A DNA stretch of 57,802 bases, the filler included, from Sphacelaria rigidula (lineage: Eukaryota): NCBI GenBank assembly GCA_964200075.2. It is 5 parts of 5 records of this genome, joined end to end, with 100 filler letters (N's around TTAATTAATTAA, not from the genome) between each part and the next. Parts side by side here need not be neighbours in the genome. Positions count along the whole stretch, not along the records: positions 34,747 to 46,224 come from CAXNAA020004878.1; positions 46,325 to 57,802 come from CAXNAA020004879.1; 3 more parts are not named here. One strand, given 5' to 3'. The translations under genes were made by a program, and so were the position numbers. This document shows positions 38,373 through 51,857 of this stretch, piece after piece; positions within the stretch are counted from its first letter, which is position 1; every line of letters begins with the position of its first letter. Below the pieces are notes generated by a model, which saw only the letters and a program-made list of their open reading frames with translations, was not told the DNA's origin and did not search any database.

Positions 38373-41300
38373 GCACCCCCCAAAACTCCGCACTACTCGA
38401 AGTAGAGCGCGAGTTTGACAAAACAGTAGACGCCGACTATCACGTATGCTACCTTTGTCCGCCTGTTAGTGACACACGACCATGCTATGTCAGGTTCACA
38501 AAGAAAATTATCATTCGCAAAACACTGAACAACGACACTTGAACACAGCGTTTCAATCGAATTCAGTGCAGACAATAATTCATTAAACGGCAATTTCCAG
38601 TCGTGGCATGCTCACACAAAGCAAATGGGCCGAGGATAATACCATTACAAACCGTAGCATCCGATCATACCATGCACTTAAAGCTTGACACCGTACTTTG
38701 CCTACAACCGTGCCCGCACCTTTTGACTCAGTCCCAACTGACGCAACTCAGAACAAATATGCGGTGCTCCTTCGAGAAAAATAGGCACACCATCCACATT
38801 CTCCGTTTTTTAGATGCGAAACACGATCTATGCGCTTATCCAAACACATGACAAGTCATCAAAGATAAACCACAGTAAAGAATCACTGTATTCGCGCATG
38901 ATTTCGTTTATCGTTAACCTCTGGAAATACTCACGTTATACTTCTTCACATACAAGCCTACGCATCGACGCATTTCGTAGTTTCCGCCCATTTCCACGCC
39001 AGCAGCAGCAATCACCATCTCCTACAGTCAATTTCTGCAAACCGCACGAAGATGATTCCACTTTTTGCACGAACAATAATATACGAGCTTTTTTTCATTC
39101 AGCACGCAGCAGTATATTGAAAACTGCCTCACTCTGACTCTTCATCAGACACCATGCACATCAGTCACACCTGCATGTTCATATTTCTCTCAGCAGCTTC
39201 TTTGCAAAAACCACCATGTATCCGTGTTTCATACGTGCCAACCAGCGCAACGCAACAGACAGGTCCAGGAACCACATCACCACCACCTACAATCGCCCAC
39301 AAAATGATTCAGGTATACAAGTCACAATGTGCTTCCTCATTCTCAACATGCAATTCCACTAGTACTTGCTCCTTAACATCACCCAACCAGGCGCCCACCG
39401 CAACATCGAGCACCTCAGGCAATGCCTGCCTTGTAATTCTCCTGCGCTCCTCCTGAGAAACAGCAGCTCTCCGGCTACAATCTCGTCCACACGTAGAGTA
39501 GCATTTCCACTCCATCAGTCGCTCCTCGCATCGATGCAGCCACAGCTCTCACAGCTGTCCCGAAAACCAGTGTGCAATGTCCACTGCACGGCAGGTACCA
39601 AGCCCACCCAGGCGTTGGCATCGAGTCTTCCTCTCTGCATTGTGTCCTTCAAGATACGAACAATGTCACGCACCATTCGCTCACATTCACGATGTGACAA
39701 CCGCGAATTGGCCACCACGAATCTGCGATCCACCAGCGCCTTCTTGAGCACTCTCACCACACGATTCTCATATTGCGATACCGTATCGCTGACCCATCCT
39801 TCCCGCGGCCCCAGCGCTTTGCACCATGCCAACAGATGCTTCATCGTCGTTGCCGCCGTACACGACTCCGCGGGCTCCAACCGCACGAAGTCGCCCGGGT
39901 CATCCACCCCTACCAATATGTACTTGAACCGATCTCCTTTGTCCAAGCCATTATTTCCCAACGGACCACCCTCGCCAACACTGACAAAATTGGAATGAAA
40001 AACCTTCCCTGGGCGAGCACCATGCACCACCTCCTTGTGGTGATGGGAAACTTCCTCCCTCGCCTTGAATGCACTCATCCAGCGACAAAAGGACTTCTCG
40101 GGCGTTGCATTCGCCGCTCTCGCCCACTCTACCTGCAAACTGCAGTACATGAGCCCGAGCGCCACCAATGTTGCGATGCAGCGTGCCAACCACGCCATCC
40201 TGACCGGAAAGTACGCCCACGGCCGAGCCTTTGCATCGACAGCAAAAGGTTTGAATTTCACCTTCCAGGGCTCGACGCGAGCAGGCGGGTAACCATGCAG
40301 CACTCGCCTGAACATGCTCGCTCTGTTCCGTACAGGCTCACGAACCTGGCTCACGTCGCTGTCCGATATGCCGTTATCCGCGGCGGCTTGTACTGCCTCC
40401 TCCGGCGCAACATCAAGCTCAGCAAGCTCTTGTTCCGGGAATATGCCCATCGCCGGACTTCTCGACAACAAACGCTTGACTGAGGAATAAGCGGGCTCCG
40501 CCCGGCCTCCTGGCATCTGTAAAGAGTCAACCGCTGTACTGACACGCCGACAGTCCGTGAAATCAGGCGTTTTTACACCTCGCACAGAAGTGTTTCTTGC
40601 ACGTGCACAGGCACCTAAGCTACTGTACACGTCAATGCCCAGCGCCTCCAGTGTAGGGCTCCCCATGATGATCACATCATCTGTACCCGGCATGACTGCA
40701 TATGAACATGGTTCCAGCACAATCGGCCCCCAGCTGGTGTGTAAAGCGGTTCGGACAGGGCAAGTTTTCTGCTTCACGCGCTCAACATTGCCGTTAGCCA
40801 GTGTCACCAGCTGTTCATCAGCCATCGGTGTGACCACTCGAATATCTGGAACCATAGCTTGTAATTTCACCGCTACACCCACTGTGACATGGTCGTAATT
40901 CCAGATCCCGAGTCTAAAATGGCCTTGACCGGACAAACACCCTTTGCCCCTGCACTCGGGACAGTCAAGTCGGCAACACACCACCTTTCCTTGTGATCTA
41001 CTTGCAGATCCTCACATTGAAAACCTGACACCTCACCCGCTTTGACCGATCTCCATGCTGGCACCGCCGCAGAGTTCGATCCCGGGAACGAGTGCGATGA
41101 GATGGTCTACTGTACGCCACCAGTAGAAGCGATCGGTTCTGGCAGCAACGTCGCCCCCCCCCTGGGAGCACTTTGTCCATCGGCTAAAAAGACAGCCCTT
41201 GTAGGGGCGGGACTCGTGCCCACCTGTCTAGCGCCCTGCGACAGTTGCTGTTGTTGTGCTGCTCATCGCCGGCTTTCGTCTGCCCACCTGCAGTATGTTG

Positions 41301-42625
41301 TGTAGCAGCAGCTTGGCTTTGCTGCTTACTTCACGAAGTGGCCCTTGTCTCCACATATGAAACAACCTGCATAGCTTGGGCCCAATTTCCGAGATTTCCT
41401 GGAATTGGCAGTCTCACTGCCAGCGGTCGCCGTTTTTTCACCATTCGGTTCGCGTTTGGATCCGGAGGTCCCGCTGTCACTCCTTTGTTTCAGCTGCGGC
41501 TGCTGACGGCGCTGCTTTTCCGCCGCTTCCACCGTCTTCCATGCCTCCGCTACTTCCTGAGCGGTGTCAAACACAAGCCCAGGGTCCTCCTTCCACCCCC
41601 CTTTCATGTTTAACATGTTGAGGACTTTAGTTTTGAATTCGGGGGGGGGTGAGTCCATTCAACATTTCCCGAGTTATGATTTGAGCGGGTCCTGGTTTGA
41701 AAATTGCACTATCGCGGAACGCACGCTCGGGGCTAGTATTCTCCGCAAAAAAATCCTTCAGGGCACCCCACTGCCCTTGTACTCTTCCCCTTGCAGTTTG
41801 CTCGTTAAGGGCCGCCAACGCTTTTCGCATACCAGCGGCAGCAACTGAAGGATCAATCTCTTCATCCTCCGAACATTTCGCATGTCGGCCTAGTGCCTCC
41901 TTGAGGTCATCCTCGGCAAGCACAGACCCGTCAAAAATCGTGCGTGACAAACACGCACGAATGTGCTTCGGCACCAGTTCAGTAAAAGTAAGTAAGACGG
42001 CCTGCATGCCACGTCCTTTGTTGTTCATTTTGACCGTCTCTTCATACTCGACGTATTTCTGATAAAAACGTCGGGACGCATTTTCGCTAAAATGCCGTCC
42101 GTACTCTGGGGGTTTCAGCGATCCTGCAGGCATAAGCTCAGTAAACTTAAACTTCACCTCTTCGGTTGCATCACCATCACCCACTTTCTTGCGCGTTGCC
42201 ATAGCTGCACGCAAAAGTTCCAGCCAACCTAGCCGTCTCTCCGTTGTCAGTGAGCTCCCTCACGTTACAGATTGCACACTCCTGTATACAAAGTTTTAGA
42301 TAATTTCTCCGCAGCTGCCCACAGCTGAAAAACCTCTTAATAACCGTTTATTATAGAGCCCTCCTGGACTCAAAACAAAGTCACAAGATTGCTCCAAGGG
42401 CTTCCTCCCTAACCAGGGCCTGGAGACTTCAAGACAGTTGTTATTCATAAACACACAGCCTTCGTTATCGGAAGTAACCACATGCATGAAGAATGGGATG
42501 TTCAAATCGACATGGTCTGCCGATCAGACCCGCAAGTCCGTCAATCAATAGAAAACGCCTACAGCAGATTGTTCCACTTGTACATCATCATGAACCTGCA
42601 CGTACGTGTACTGGAGGTGGACTAG
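38038..42625 (-). mobile_element. Second Ty3/Gypsy element (gag, CCHC knuckle, protease, integrase; RT/RNase H missing)
   Basis: Gag ORF at 41627-42214, knuckle CFICGDKGH, protease AILDSGSG, and a 489-aa ORF running from protease into the integrase core. 3' LTR at 38038-38372 lies behind a ggggggtgc PPT; partial 5' LTR similarity at about 42520-42625. Confidence 0.85.
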
Positions 42626-43221
42626 GAGACGTCACTGTCGCAGTCGCGGTCGCTACCGCTATCACCGCCGCCACGGCTGCGGCCGCCCGAGCCCTTACCG
42701 CTTTCGCTACCACTATCGCTTTTACTGTCGCGGTCGCTATTGCTGGACACGCCCCTTCAGCAACGTGCCCAGCAAAGACTCCGAACCTTTGAATCTCAGT
42801 AAGTCCGCCGAATCTTGCATTTCTGCCTCCGCTTGTTCTACCTTTGCCGTATCTACGTCATCCGGAAGAAGAAGTTGATAAACAAGACATGACAGCAGAG
42901 GGTACAACTGAGAAAAACGAGCCAGCGTCAGGCACTTCAAGGAGGGCATGTCCGTACCAAGCTCAAAAGGCTCGTGCACATATTCGAAAATCTGACCGGG
43001 TAGGATGTGAATCAGTTGAACACCGGAAGTAGACATTGTATTATTATTAATTAATACCAATTAATTTTGATACCAACCCGTCCATATATGCCAGGTGGAT
43101 TCGCGGGAACACCAATAGTCCAAACAAACGGCATCTCAAACGAGCTGAGGATGCCGTCATCCTGGACAGCACAAATAGATTATTATCTTCCGTACGGTTG
43201 GTTCCACTCACCGAAAACATA

Positions 43222-43771
43222 CATCACTGGGCAGTCTAACTATTTAGGGGTGTTTTGGGATTTTTCTCGGGTACTACTCTTCGATAGGAGTCGAAACTGC
43301 TAGCATCCGTAGATTTTGGTACAACACAACAGATTATCCTTGAAGCACAGTGCCTAAGTCAGTGTATGCCGGTGTTGTCGGACGAGACGAGTAAATATCC
43401 TGTTCATCAGGAGGGTGTTATCGACCACGAACCACAGTTTTTCGACCCTAGTGTCATGTGTAGGCAGAATTTCAAAATGATGAAACTGTACATTTTTTTA
43501 CAATATGATCAGGACGGGCTCGATCGATAAAAAATTCAGAAGAGCAAGAATCTAGGCTGAAACGTGGCAGGACCTCCGATGACCGGTCAGCCCGTAAGTC
43601 ACTCAATATTGAATACGTATGATTTTTTCCTCTTGGAATATGGAGCGGGTACAAATATCTTCAGATCCCCGATGTGATAAGCGGTGGCAAGCGAAAAGAG
43701 ACCAAGAAAATCGCCAATTCAGAAAAAATCGCAAAACGCCACAAAACCAATAGTTAGACCGCCCACTACTG
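43222..43771. mobile_element. MITE family B, second copy
   Basis: Reverse-complement similarity to 5607-6157 along its length; flanked by TA. Confidence 0.72.
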
Positions 43772-44900
43772 TACGCAGGTTGCCGCACATACCCCTCACG
43801 AGTTATTTATATTTTATACGTACGCGCTTACAGCAGTGTGATCACCCGAGGTTTCGTAGACGGCGCAGACGGACACAACAAGCGTTGTCGCATTTATATT
43901 ATCTCTATTTTCTATAAACTTCTTGGTGAATCTTACCTTCTCAGGTCCAAGGTAAAGATGAATGGCATCTTTGTGACTTATTTTCTGGCCGTGGTCATTA
44001 GCCCAGCGCCCGATGAATGCCTCAATATTCTCTCTTTTTTGGAAGGAAGAGGGTTCAGACCTTGCCACCTGGCCGCGAGAAAAGTAACAACGACAGCAAA
44101 CAGCGAGAACCATCGATTACGGCCCGGCACACGCTTTACTGTGACAACACGAACAAAATTGTGTGACCCTGCACGACGAAATATAATGAACGGGGTATTG
44201 TGTTTGTGGTGTGAAAGTACGAATCGCTGCTGCCATGCTAACCGGTCCGACCAAGTACAGCCGGCAATTAAGGGTTGGTTACAACAAAAAATAAGAGGGG
44301 AGATGACAGTTAGCTAATGATCACAACAACACATTACCGCAGCAGCAGCAGCAGCACGAGCACAACCCAGGAGCAGCGGCAACAACAGCACAATAGCAGT
44401 GGTACAGTATAAATCATACAAGTACGCGCTATCATTAGCGAATGGGAAACATTTTCAATAAAGCCGAAAAATGAAAGCTCGACCGTTGCTGATGCTGCCG
44501 CAACTAATATTGCACCAGCTGCTGCTGCTGTTGCTGCTGCTCCTGATGAGGCGACCGTGCCGTAGAACGAAAACGAACAAAACTCGTTGTTCGTGCTCAT
44601 GACATCCAAAACAAATTGCTCTGGATATATTGTTTGCGGCTCACGCATTTCCCGGCATATTTTACAAAAAATACAATTTCCCACTTGTACGTATACTATT
44701 TACACCTGTATTTTGTTGGGGTAAAGCAGTAGCTGGTAGCCGGAAACAAGAACATGAAGAAAGGAAACCCCGCTGCTGCGGCTACTGTGCTGCTACCACG
44801 GCTACTTCTGGGGCCGAGAAAGAACAACGCAGATAGCGTACACAGCCGAAGCACAGCAGCTGGGGATACAGACATCACAGTGATGGTGCCGCTAATTTAT

Positions 44901-45422
44901 TCAAGTTGGTATCACAAACCACATGCCAATCGTGCTCGATGACCGGCTACCTCCGTCCCTTTTCACAGCATCAATTAGCCATTTAGATACTCCGAACATA
45001 GCGGTAAAGAACTTCGTCCAGACAGGTCGACCTGCTGCCATCATGCTCTCTAGCGCTACACGCTGGTAGGGCACGCGCTCACTCACGAACCATTTGCGAT
45101 CCGTCTCCGCTGACAACGCTACGAAGCGTTGCTGCTCCGCTGTGAGCAGTTCAGCGTCGTGGGTGGTAACCGTAGGCGAGGCGAACAATGCGGCACAATT
45201 AAGTTTTTTGCAGCAGCGGTCATTGTTTTGAGCTAAACTGGCCGTAAATTTGTCCAGGCTAACAGGGGCTCGACGAGACCGACGACGTTTCCGCGGGGGA
45301 GGCGGCGTGGGGCCGTGTGATTCGTCTCGTACGGGTGGCCTTTCCTTGGGCTGTCCGCCTGCTGATACAAGAGGATCAATCGTCCTAGCAAGCCACAAAA
45401 GAGCTCCTGACGAAAATGGCAT
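44901..45422 (-). mobile_element. Sola-like transposase N-terminal remnant
   Basis: CCKKLNC..LF...QRF...V(W/C)TKFFTAMFGVSK resembles the Cys-rich VC..FF...GIS segment that precedes Sola-type DDD cores; no catalytic core seen. Confidence 0.35.
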
Positions 45423-46149
45423 AACTACACGAAAATGCTTGCCTTGTACTACTAGGCAACAGCCAGCAGGTCACCAACGAAGTGCGGCGGGGGCAGTATA
45501 TATTTCGACGCAAACGCGTGTGCACCGAAATGTTATCGGAGACCGACGAGCTTTGAATACTTTTTGAATAATGAAATCAGGGTTGAGATACGACAATAAC
45601 ATACTCTTGAAATTCAAATGTTGTAAACGTTTAAAAAACAAGAATGGTAATAAATATAACTTTTCCGCATTTTAAAGTTCTGATACATGAATGTAAATAT
45701 ATAAGGCCATGTGCGCTCTTCAATTATATAACGGAACAAATGTGTTTGTATGAGAATATCAACGGGCATCTCATGTCGCTGAAAACATTATTGTCCCTCA
45801 CCTACCTCCTCACAAAATAAGTACCACCCTCAGACAGACAAGCCAACGCCCCCACCCGAGCGTTCAGCCGGGAGCGACAAATAGATCCATAATGGTGGTG
45901 CAAGAAGCCATGACCTCTAACGCAAGGGCAATGTAGCCAGGTGTGGTACGGCTTGTGCGTTGAAGACTGCGAATCGTTCACACCGTCCTCTTACAGCTGA
46001 AGCTGGCCAATCTTATGAGGAACTGGACCCAGGGCAACGGCGTGTACTGCATCCGTCGAGCATTTGAACTCAGCGCAATGCAGACTCCGGGCAACATTCT
46101 TATCTTGATTTGGTACATGACTGCAGTGGAGAAAATGCATAGCAGGCTG

Positions 46150-46224
46150 TATACTCTAGCCACCATTGTTACCTAAGGTTAGGGACATTGTGTAGGTGGA
46201 GTTGCGGGTCTGATTGCCGGACTC
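46150..46224 (+). repeat. LTR fragment of the 38038-38372 family, cut by the contig end
   Basis: Near-identical reverse complement of about 38228-38295 (tagccaccattgttacc...gattgccggactc). Confidence 0.7.
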
Positions 46225-46324
46225 NNNNNNNNNNNNNNNNNNNNNNNNNNNNNNNNNNNNNNNNNNNNTTAATTAATTAANNNNNNNNNNNNNNNNNNNN
46301 NNNNNNNNNNNNNNNNNNNNNNNN
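46225..46324. other. Artificial contig-joining spacer
   Basis: Identical 100-nt linker. Confidence 0.98.
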
Positions 46325-49300
46325 GATGCACCCACATACACCGAAAGATGTAGACTGGTGCCCAGAATAAATGGGACGACAACACACAACACACATCTTG
46401 TCCACCGAAAACCAGTGCGAGAACATGCACAGGACATCCGCCAATTTGTCGATGTCTTCCACCTGCCAGTATTTGTCCTCTAAACCGAACTTTATACTAC
46501 GCAAATGCATCGGGAGGCGACCCCACAAACGCCGAAATGCCACGCGCTTGTCCGCAGATAATTCTCCATGCATCTCATCTGGCGAAGCCGATACCTCCTT
46601 CTCGATCACAAATACACCAAGAGGCACTGGGGTAGGAAATCTGAAAAATTCGCATCATTCAGCGAATGCGGTACCAGTGGCAACCTTGCCCCACCCAATT
46701 TCATCCCCGGCACGGCCACGACACCCTCAAAATCCGTAAATCTCGTAGGAATTATTGAATCGCCGGCATCCACCACCATTTCCGAGGGGGACCAACCCTG
46801 CTCGAAACTCACATAATACGATCCCTGCGGAGCAGAAGCCCCGCTGAGCGACTGCAGTGCGACAGAAACCCACGTTAACTCGTGCGTCACCACCTGATCG
46901 GACTTACCCGCGAAAACCACAACCACCTCCTCACCTGATTTCGACGCTCGTTCAGTCATACCCACCGCGTTCTGGACCCAACGGCCAAACGAAGTGGGGC
47001 CTGGAGATTGCGAGGCCCCCTCAAGCGACATGATTGTTCTAGATTCACTGACACCACGATATGACCGCACAGGAAATTGAGCCAACCCATCGCGTCCCAA
47101 CAGTAAATCAAAATACATGGTACCGTCAGGCACGATATGCGCATAGATCGCGAAGCAGGGACTCGTGCCCGAGTTCCGGCCTGTGCGTGCACCCTAAATA
47201 AAACGAATGTTGAGGCGCACCTGAGACCAAGTTTTGAGAGGAACACCGTTAAACCCACCCCACGATACGGGATCAATGTCCCGCACCACCGCGTCATCCG
47301 AACCAGCCCCATGCTGCACCATGGACATCCGTACCTTGTTCATGATGAAAGTCGCTGGGTTCCCACTGTCCAGCAGCACCGCGCACCCCCACACCCGGGT
47401 TGCCTTCGGGCCACCGAACACCTTATCCCCTGCCGTATTGCGCACACGATCTACCAACACGTGCCTGCCGATCACAGAAATCACTTCCTGTGAAAACGCG
47501 CACCGTCGCGGCGCGGTACCTGGCAAGGGATAGGAACGGGGATCAATGCGGGTGGTTCATTCCACTGCAAGTGATTGCCAGATGAGTCGAGAGTGTAAAT
47601 GTGCTCCTCTAACCTCATCGGTTTACCTTCGCCCACATTACCAACAACAGGTCAAACCCGGCGAGCATCCGCGGATGCCCCCGAGCGTGAGGAGACACTT
47701 CTCAGTTCCAAAGGGTTGGGTATATCCACGAGACTGCGCGGCATTAAGCCCGCAGATTTCATCAAGCTATCATCCTCCAACAGTGCTTCAAGTTGGTTCT
47801 CCTTGAGAACCGAGTTTCTACTCGAGGAAAGTCAATCCAAGCGTGGTCCACTCAAGTTTAGCTCCGCGCCAGATAGATCAGACCCTCCATCACTACCGTA
47901 TTGCGGCATCCCCTGCTCCGGGTAGCAGCGCCGAGTGCCTCGAAGGCCCCGAGCGTCGAGACGCGGAATACCCCCCTCACCCTCGACGAATTCAACTGCC
48001 GGGCTCTCCTTACCATGTGATGGATCCATCACACCAGGACCGCCCAAATCCCTAACGTCGGTCGGACGTGAGCAACGCCCACCGCGACAGCTGACCTGCA
48101 CGAGTGACTCATTTATCCGTGTACCTTCGCCACTTTGGAAGGAAAGGCTGTCCGGAGCGCAACGCCGAAGCACACCCTCCTTCCATCGGTCAACATCTCT
48201 ACCACACCAGATCACCGCGCAGTAGACGCAGTGCAAAGCGGAGGAGCCGCCCCCCCCTGCTAGGGTCACGTATAGATTGATCAGATCCCACGGCTACCCC
48301 CGAAACGGAAACAACACACCCACCTTTACCGACACTCCCAGAGAGATTGCACCCTGTGTCATTGCCAAAGTCCGCTCTGTGCGGGAGGGAGATGACAGAA
48401 ATCTCGCCGTCTACAACAGGAACAGCTTGCTGTGGAACAATTGACACAGGCGACCGACGTTGTTGAGCTCGATGAGCATCATGAATTGCAGAGGATTCGC
48501 TACAAGGAACAGGCTGAGCCTGCTGTGGAACAATATCTCCAGGCGACTGACAAGTTCGATTTCGCCAAATATCCTTATTAACCAAAACTTCACTACATAC
48601 AGCAGCCTCAACCTGCTGTGGAACAAACACCAACGGTGACCGACCGCTACGAGCTCGACGAGCATCGTTATTACCTGGCACCCGTGCTACCGGTAAGGCG
48701 GCCCAATCCTTACCGTCGCCCCCTCATTTCTTGTTGGGGTAGTTTTCAGCAAAATAGGAGCGTAAGCGGCGTTGCCACCGAGCCCATTTTTGACGCTCCT
48801 CCTCCGGGGTGCCTTCACCCATCGAGTGGTGAATGAGACCTGACTTGTTGATAAAACCCTCCGGGCAGTCGCGAGCCAACGTATGATTAGCGCTACCACA
48901 GTTTAAACAGTATGGACCAAACGCTTGCCTCGTCTTACTTTGAAGCGCCCGGGTGAAGAACAGTTCGTAGAACGGAGGGTCTTTCATCCGCCCAAAACGG
49001 TCCCCGTTGCCCTGCCCCACCATGTACACATAAGCCATTTCCTGGTCTTCCCGGTCAAATCACGCTTGTGGGTGATACTCATTACCCCCCGAATTGTCTA
49101 TCCTGGCCCGCTTTGTGGGGTAGCGATTCCTAGCTGCCCCCCACGTCGGTCCCGGCGCGAGGCGAGGCGCATGCGCCGCATCATGTTGGACCGGAAGTCA
49201 TCGAGTTTAGACATTAACAATTCCAAAGAGGCGAACGGCGTCGCACAGTCGTCCCGACCCGCAAACATGGCTACTAATCCCAGGGCATTGCTCCTGAATG

Positions 49301-49910
49301 GCCGTTTTAATGGCCGACTGTACCTGTGTTATGACGGATATCGGCTGTAAATGTAGTAGGCGCTTCGAAGCACGCGTGGCATGTGCAATAGGTTGTATTC
49401 CATTCGTATATTAGTGTTGGGCTCTATTTTGATGTGTTGCGCAACCCGTCTGGCACAACTTCCAGCTACCTAGCAACTGTTGTTTAGCTACCTAGTAGCA
49501 GCACTCAAGAACAAAGCTATCAGCCACCACTTGGAGACATCTCGCTTGCAAGCAAGTCAAGAGCACTTCTCTGCACGTGAAAGTGAGTCTATGTTTTGCC
49601 GTATGATGCAGTGCTGGTTTGGCCTCAAGAGTCTGTGAGCCACGAGCGGGAGAGTTACTCCACTTGACTGCAGTTATTCATTCCGGCCAGCCGCTTGCTT
49701 CGCGCAACCCCTGGCCTGGTATGTTCCTTGAGAGTGATGCCCGCGTCACCTCGTGGCCAGACCACAACACCTGCGCTTGATCGGGAGTCTTTCCGGCACC
49801 CAAGCATTGCACATTACTCATCAGAATGCGGAGGTTACGTAGGTAGTCCGCAACCACCGTCCCCTCGGACGCCCGGATATGAATTAACTCTCCTAAAACG
49901 ACATCCACAG
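46325..49910 (-). mobile_element. Degenerate Ty3/Gypsy gag-protease region
   Basis: Gag-like pieces, knuckle CLNCGSANHTLARDC (48724-49038), aspartic protease VLLDSGNPATFI (47194-47526) and FDLLLGRDGL; runs toward RT at the contig end. Confidence 0.75.
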
Positions 49911-50314
49911 CGAGGCAAGTAAGTTCTGTGCTAATACGAACTGGGCCAGCTTAAAAGCGGCTGAACGTTGCTCACACCACAGCTTTTCCTAGTTTCCCGA
50001 ATGAACCCGATATAAGCATATCACTGTGAAGTGCAGACCAACCTGTTAACACACGGCACCGCCGCTGAATGAAAAATAAAATAAAAAATGTCCTGCATAA
50101 TTTATGACCTCAACGACGGACAATAACAAATATATGTCGGGATTCAACGCTTGACCTCTATAATTGGAACCTCCTATTACTTGAATTATAGGGGTGCAGC
50201 AGCGTCACGCAAAATGTTGCACGCATGGCCCGATTCGACTACTCTTGAGCTGCAATTTCAGGAAGACCTTCTGCACCCAAGGAAATGATACATCCCGTGA
50301 GCAGCTGCAGATGA

Positions 50315-50669
50315 TGACTGCTGCCGAGATAGCCCCCCCCCCCCCCGAACCGGCCAAAAACGTGCACGGAGGCGATGATCATGTGTAACACTATCCTCGT
50401 GAGATTCAGCGTGTAACAGACTAACGCCGAGATAGCCCCCCCATAAAAAGTGCACCGGACCCCGTCCGACAAACCGGCTTGGATCCCACTATTGGGCTTG
50501 TTTGCAGAAATTTCGCCCACATGAGAGGCGTGTAGTAGTCCGAAATCAGCTATAACGCCCGAATGAGTCGCGTCGTGCAGCACGAAACCAGCTCTAACGG
50601 CATTTACGATCATTGCGTCCGTGCACTTTTTTTGGCCGGTTCGGGGGGCGACTATCTCGGCAGCAGTCA
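50315..50669. mobile_element. MITE family D with TIRs of about 65 bp (tgactgctgccgagatagccccc...)
   Basis: Long TIRs; other copies at 32115-32420, about 51095-51283 (inverted) and about 29092-29140. Confidence 0.82.
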
Positions 50670-51636
50670 ACATCGGATTCAGAGTGAGACCCGAAACAAT
50701 GGACTTTCCCGTCGATTTTGACATCGCCACAGTTCGAGGAGTGATGCGCCCAGCTGGTGAAGCGGCGGCTTCAATAAAAGCTGTCACCTACACGATCAAT
50801 TTGAGACATCACTCGATCGCAACGACGTAGTCAGTCTATTGCAACAAAAAATCCATTCTTTCAGGAAAAACCGATTAGTGCCTGAAAAAGTTTCAGTTCC
50901 GAAATGCCCCCCAGGTGTAGAAATGCTTTGTGCGGTATCTCACCAACCAGACCGCCGAATTCCTCGAATGGGGTACTGTACGGTAGATGCATACACAGGA
51001 CGTGTGCTCAAGCAAAAAAGAAAGTTGCCTGTGAGGAACGCTAGAGCATCCACTCTGAATCCGATATTACGCTCTGAATCGCACGAATATTTTGTTAAAT
51101 GCCGTTAAAGCTGGTTCGTGCTGCACGACGGGACTCATTTGGGCGTTAGAGCTGATTTCAGACAGCTGCATGCCTCTCATATGGGCGAAATTGCTGCAAA
51201 CGGGCCAAATAGTGGGATCGCAGCCAGTTTGTCTGACGATTTCCGGCGCATTTCTTGTGGGGGGGCTATCTCGGCATTAGTTGGATTCTCATTTTTTTCG
51301 TGGGACATATTTTGTTTTTCCTGAAATTTCAAATCCCATCACTTTTGTTTTTTCTTCGCTGCTCAGGTGATCTTCTGCATTTCGATCATAAAAATATGCT
51401 GTCAGAACTTCAGCGCCTAACTCCAAATATCGCGGCGTGCGTCGCCTGAACGAGAAAACCACCCATTGTTGGCTGGCTCAGCTCGTAACCTGCACCAAAT
51501 GCGCCAGGGTATCCGACCCCGATGCACCCTCTCCCAGTAAACGAGTCATAGTTGACATCAAATCCGCAATTCGCATCACACCACTCGGCACTTTTACGAA
51601 GACGGACTTCACGTACTTTTTTTTATGATTGCGCCT

Positions 51637-51857
51637 TGTGACGAAATCACGCCGTTACGTTGAGTTGGTAGTGGTGATCTGGATAATGACCGGGGACATT
51701 AGATTGATACCCTGGCGTGTCTAGGAGGCTATGCCTACGAGGGCACTCCATGATAATGATGATGTTGTAAAGGCTGACAACTGAAACCGAAGCCAGTAAG
51801 CCTAGGGAGTCCCTCAACAGCAGTGATCAACCAGTCCTTTTTCAGGCTGGCGTCACA
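51637..51857 (+). repeat. 5' LTR
   Basis: 221 bp; about 17 substitutions and 1 indel versus 55772-55991 by manual alignment. Confidence 0.95.

Noticed and set aside
44540..44580. Hammerhead-like ctgatga-ggc...gcc
   Set aside because: It is followed by gtag instead of GAAA, and I found no stems I/III. The ctgatgag at about 21718 also lacks the core.
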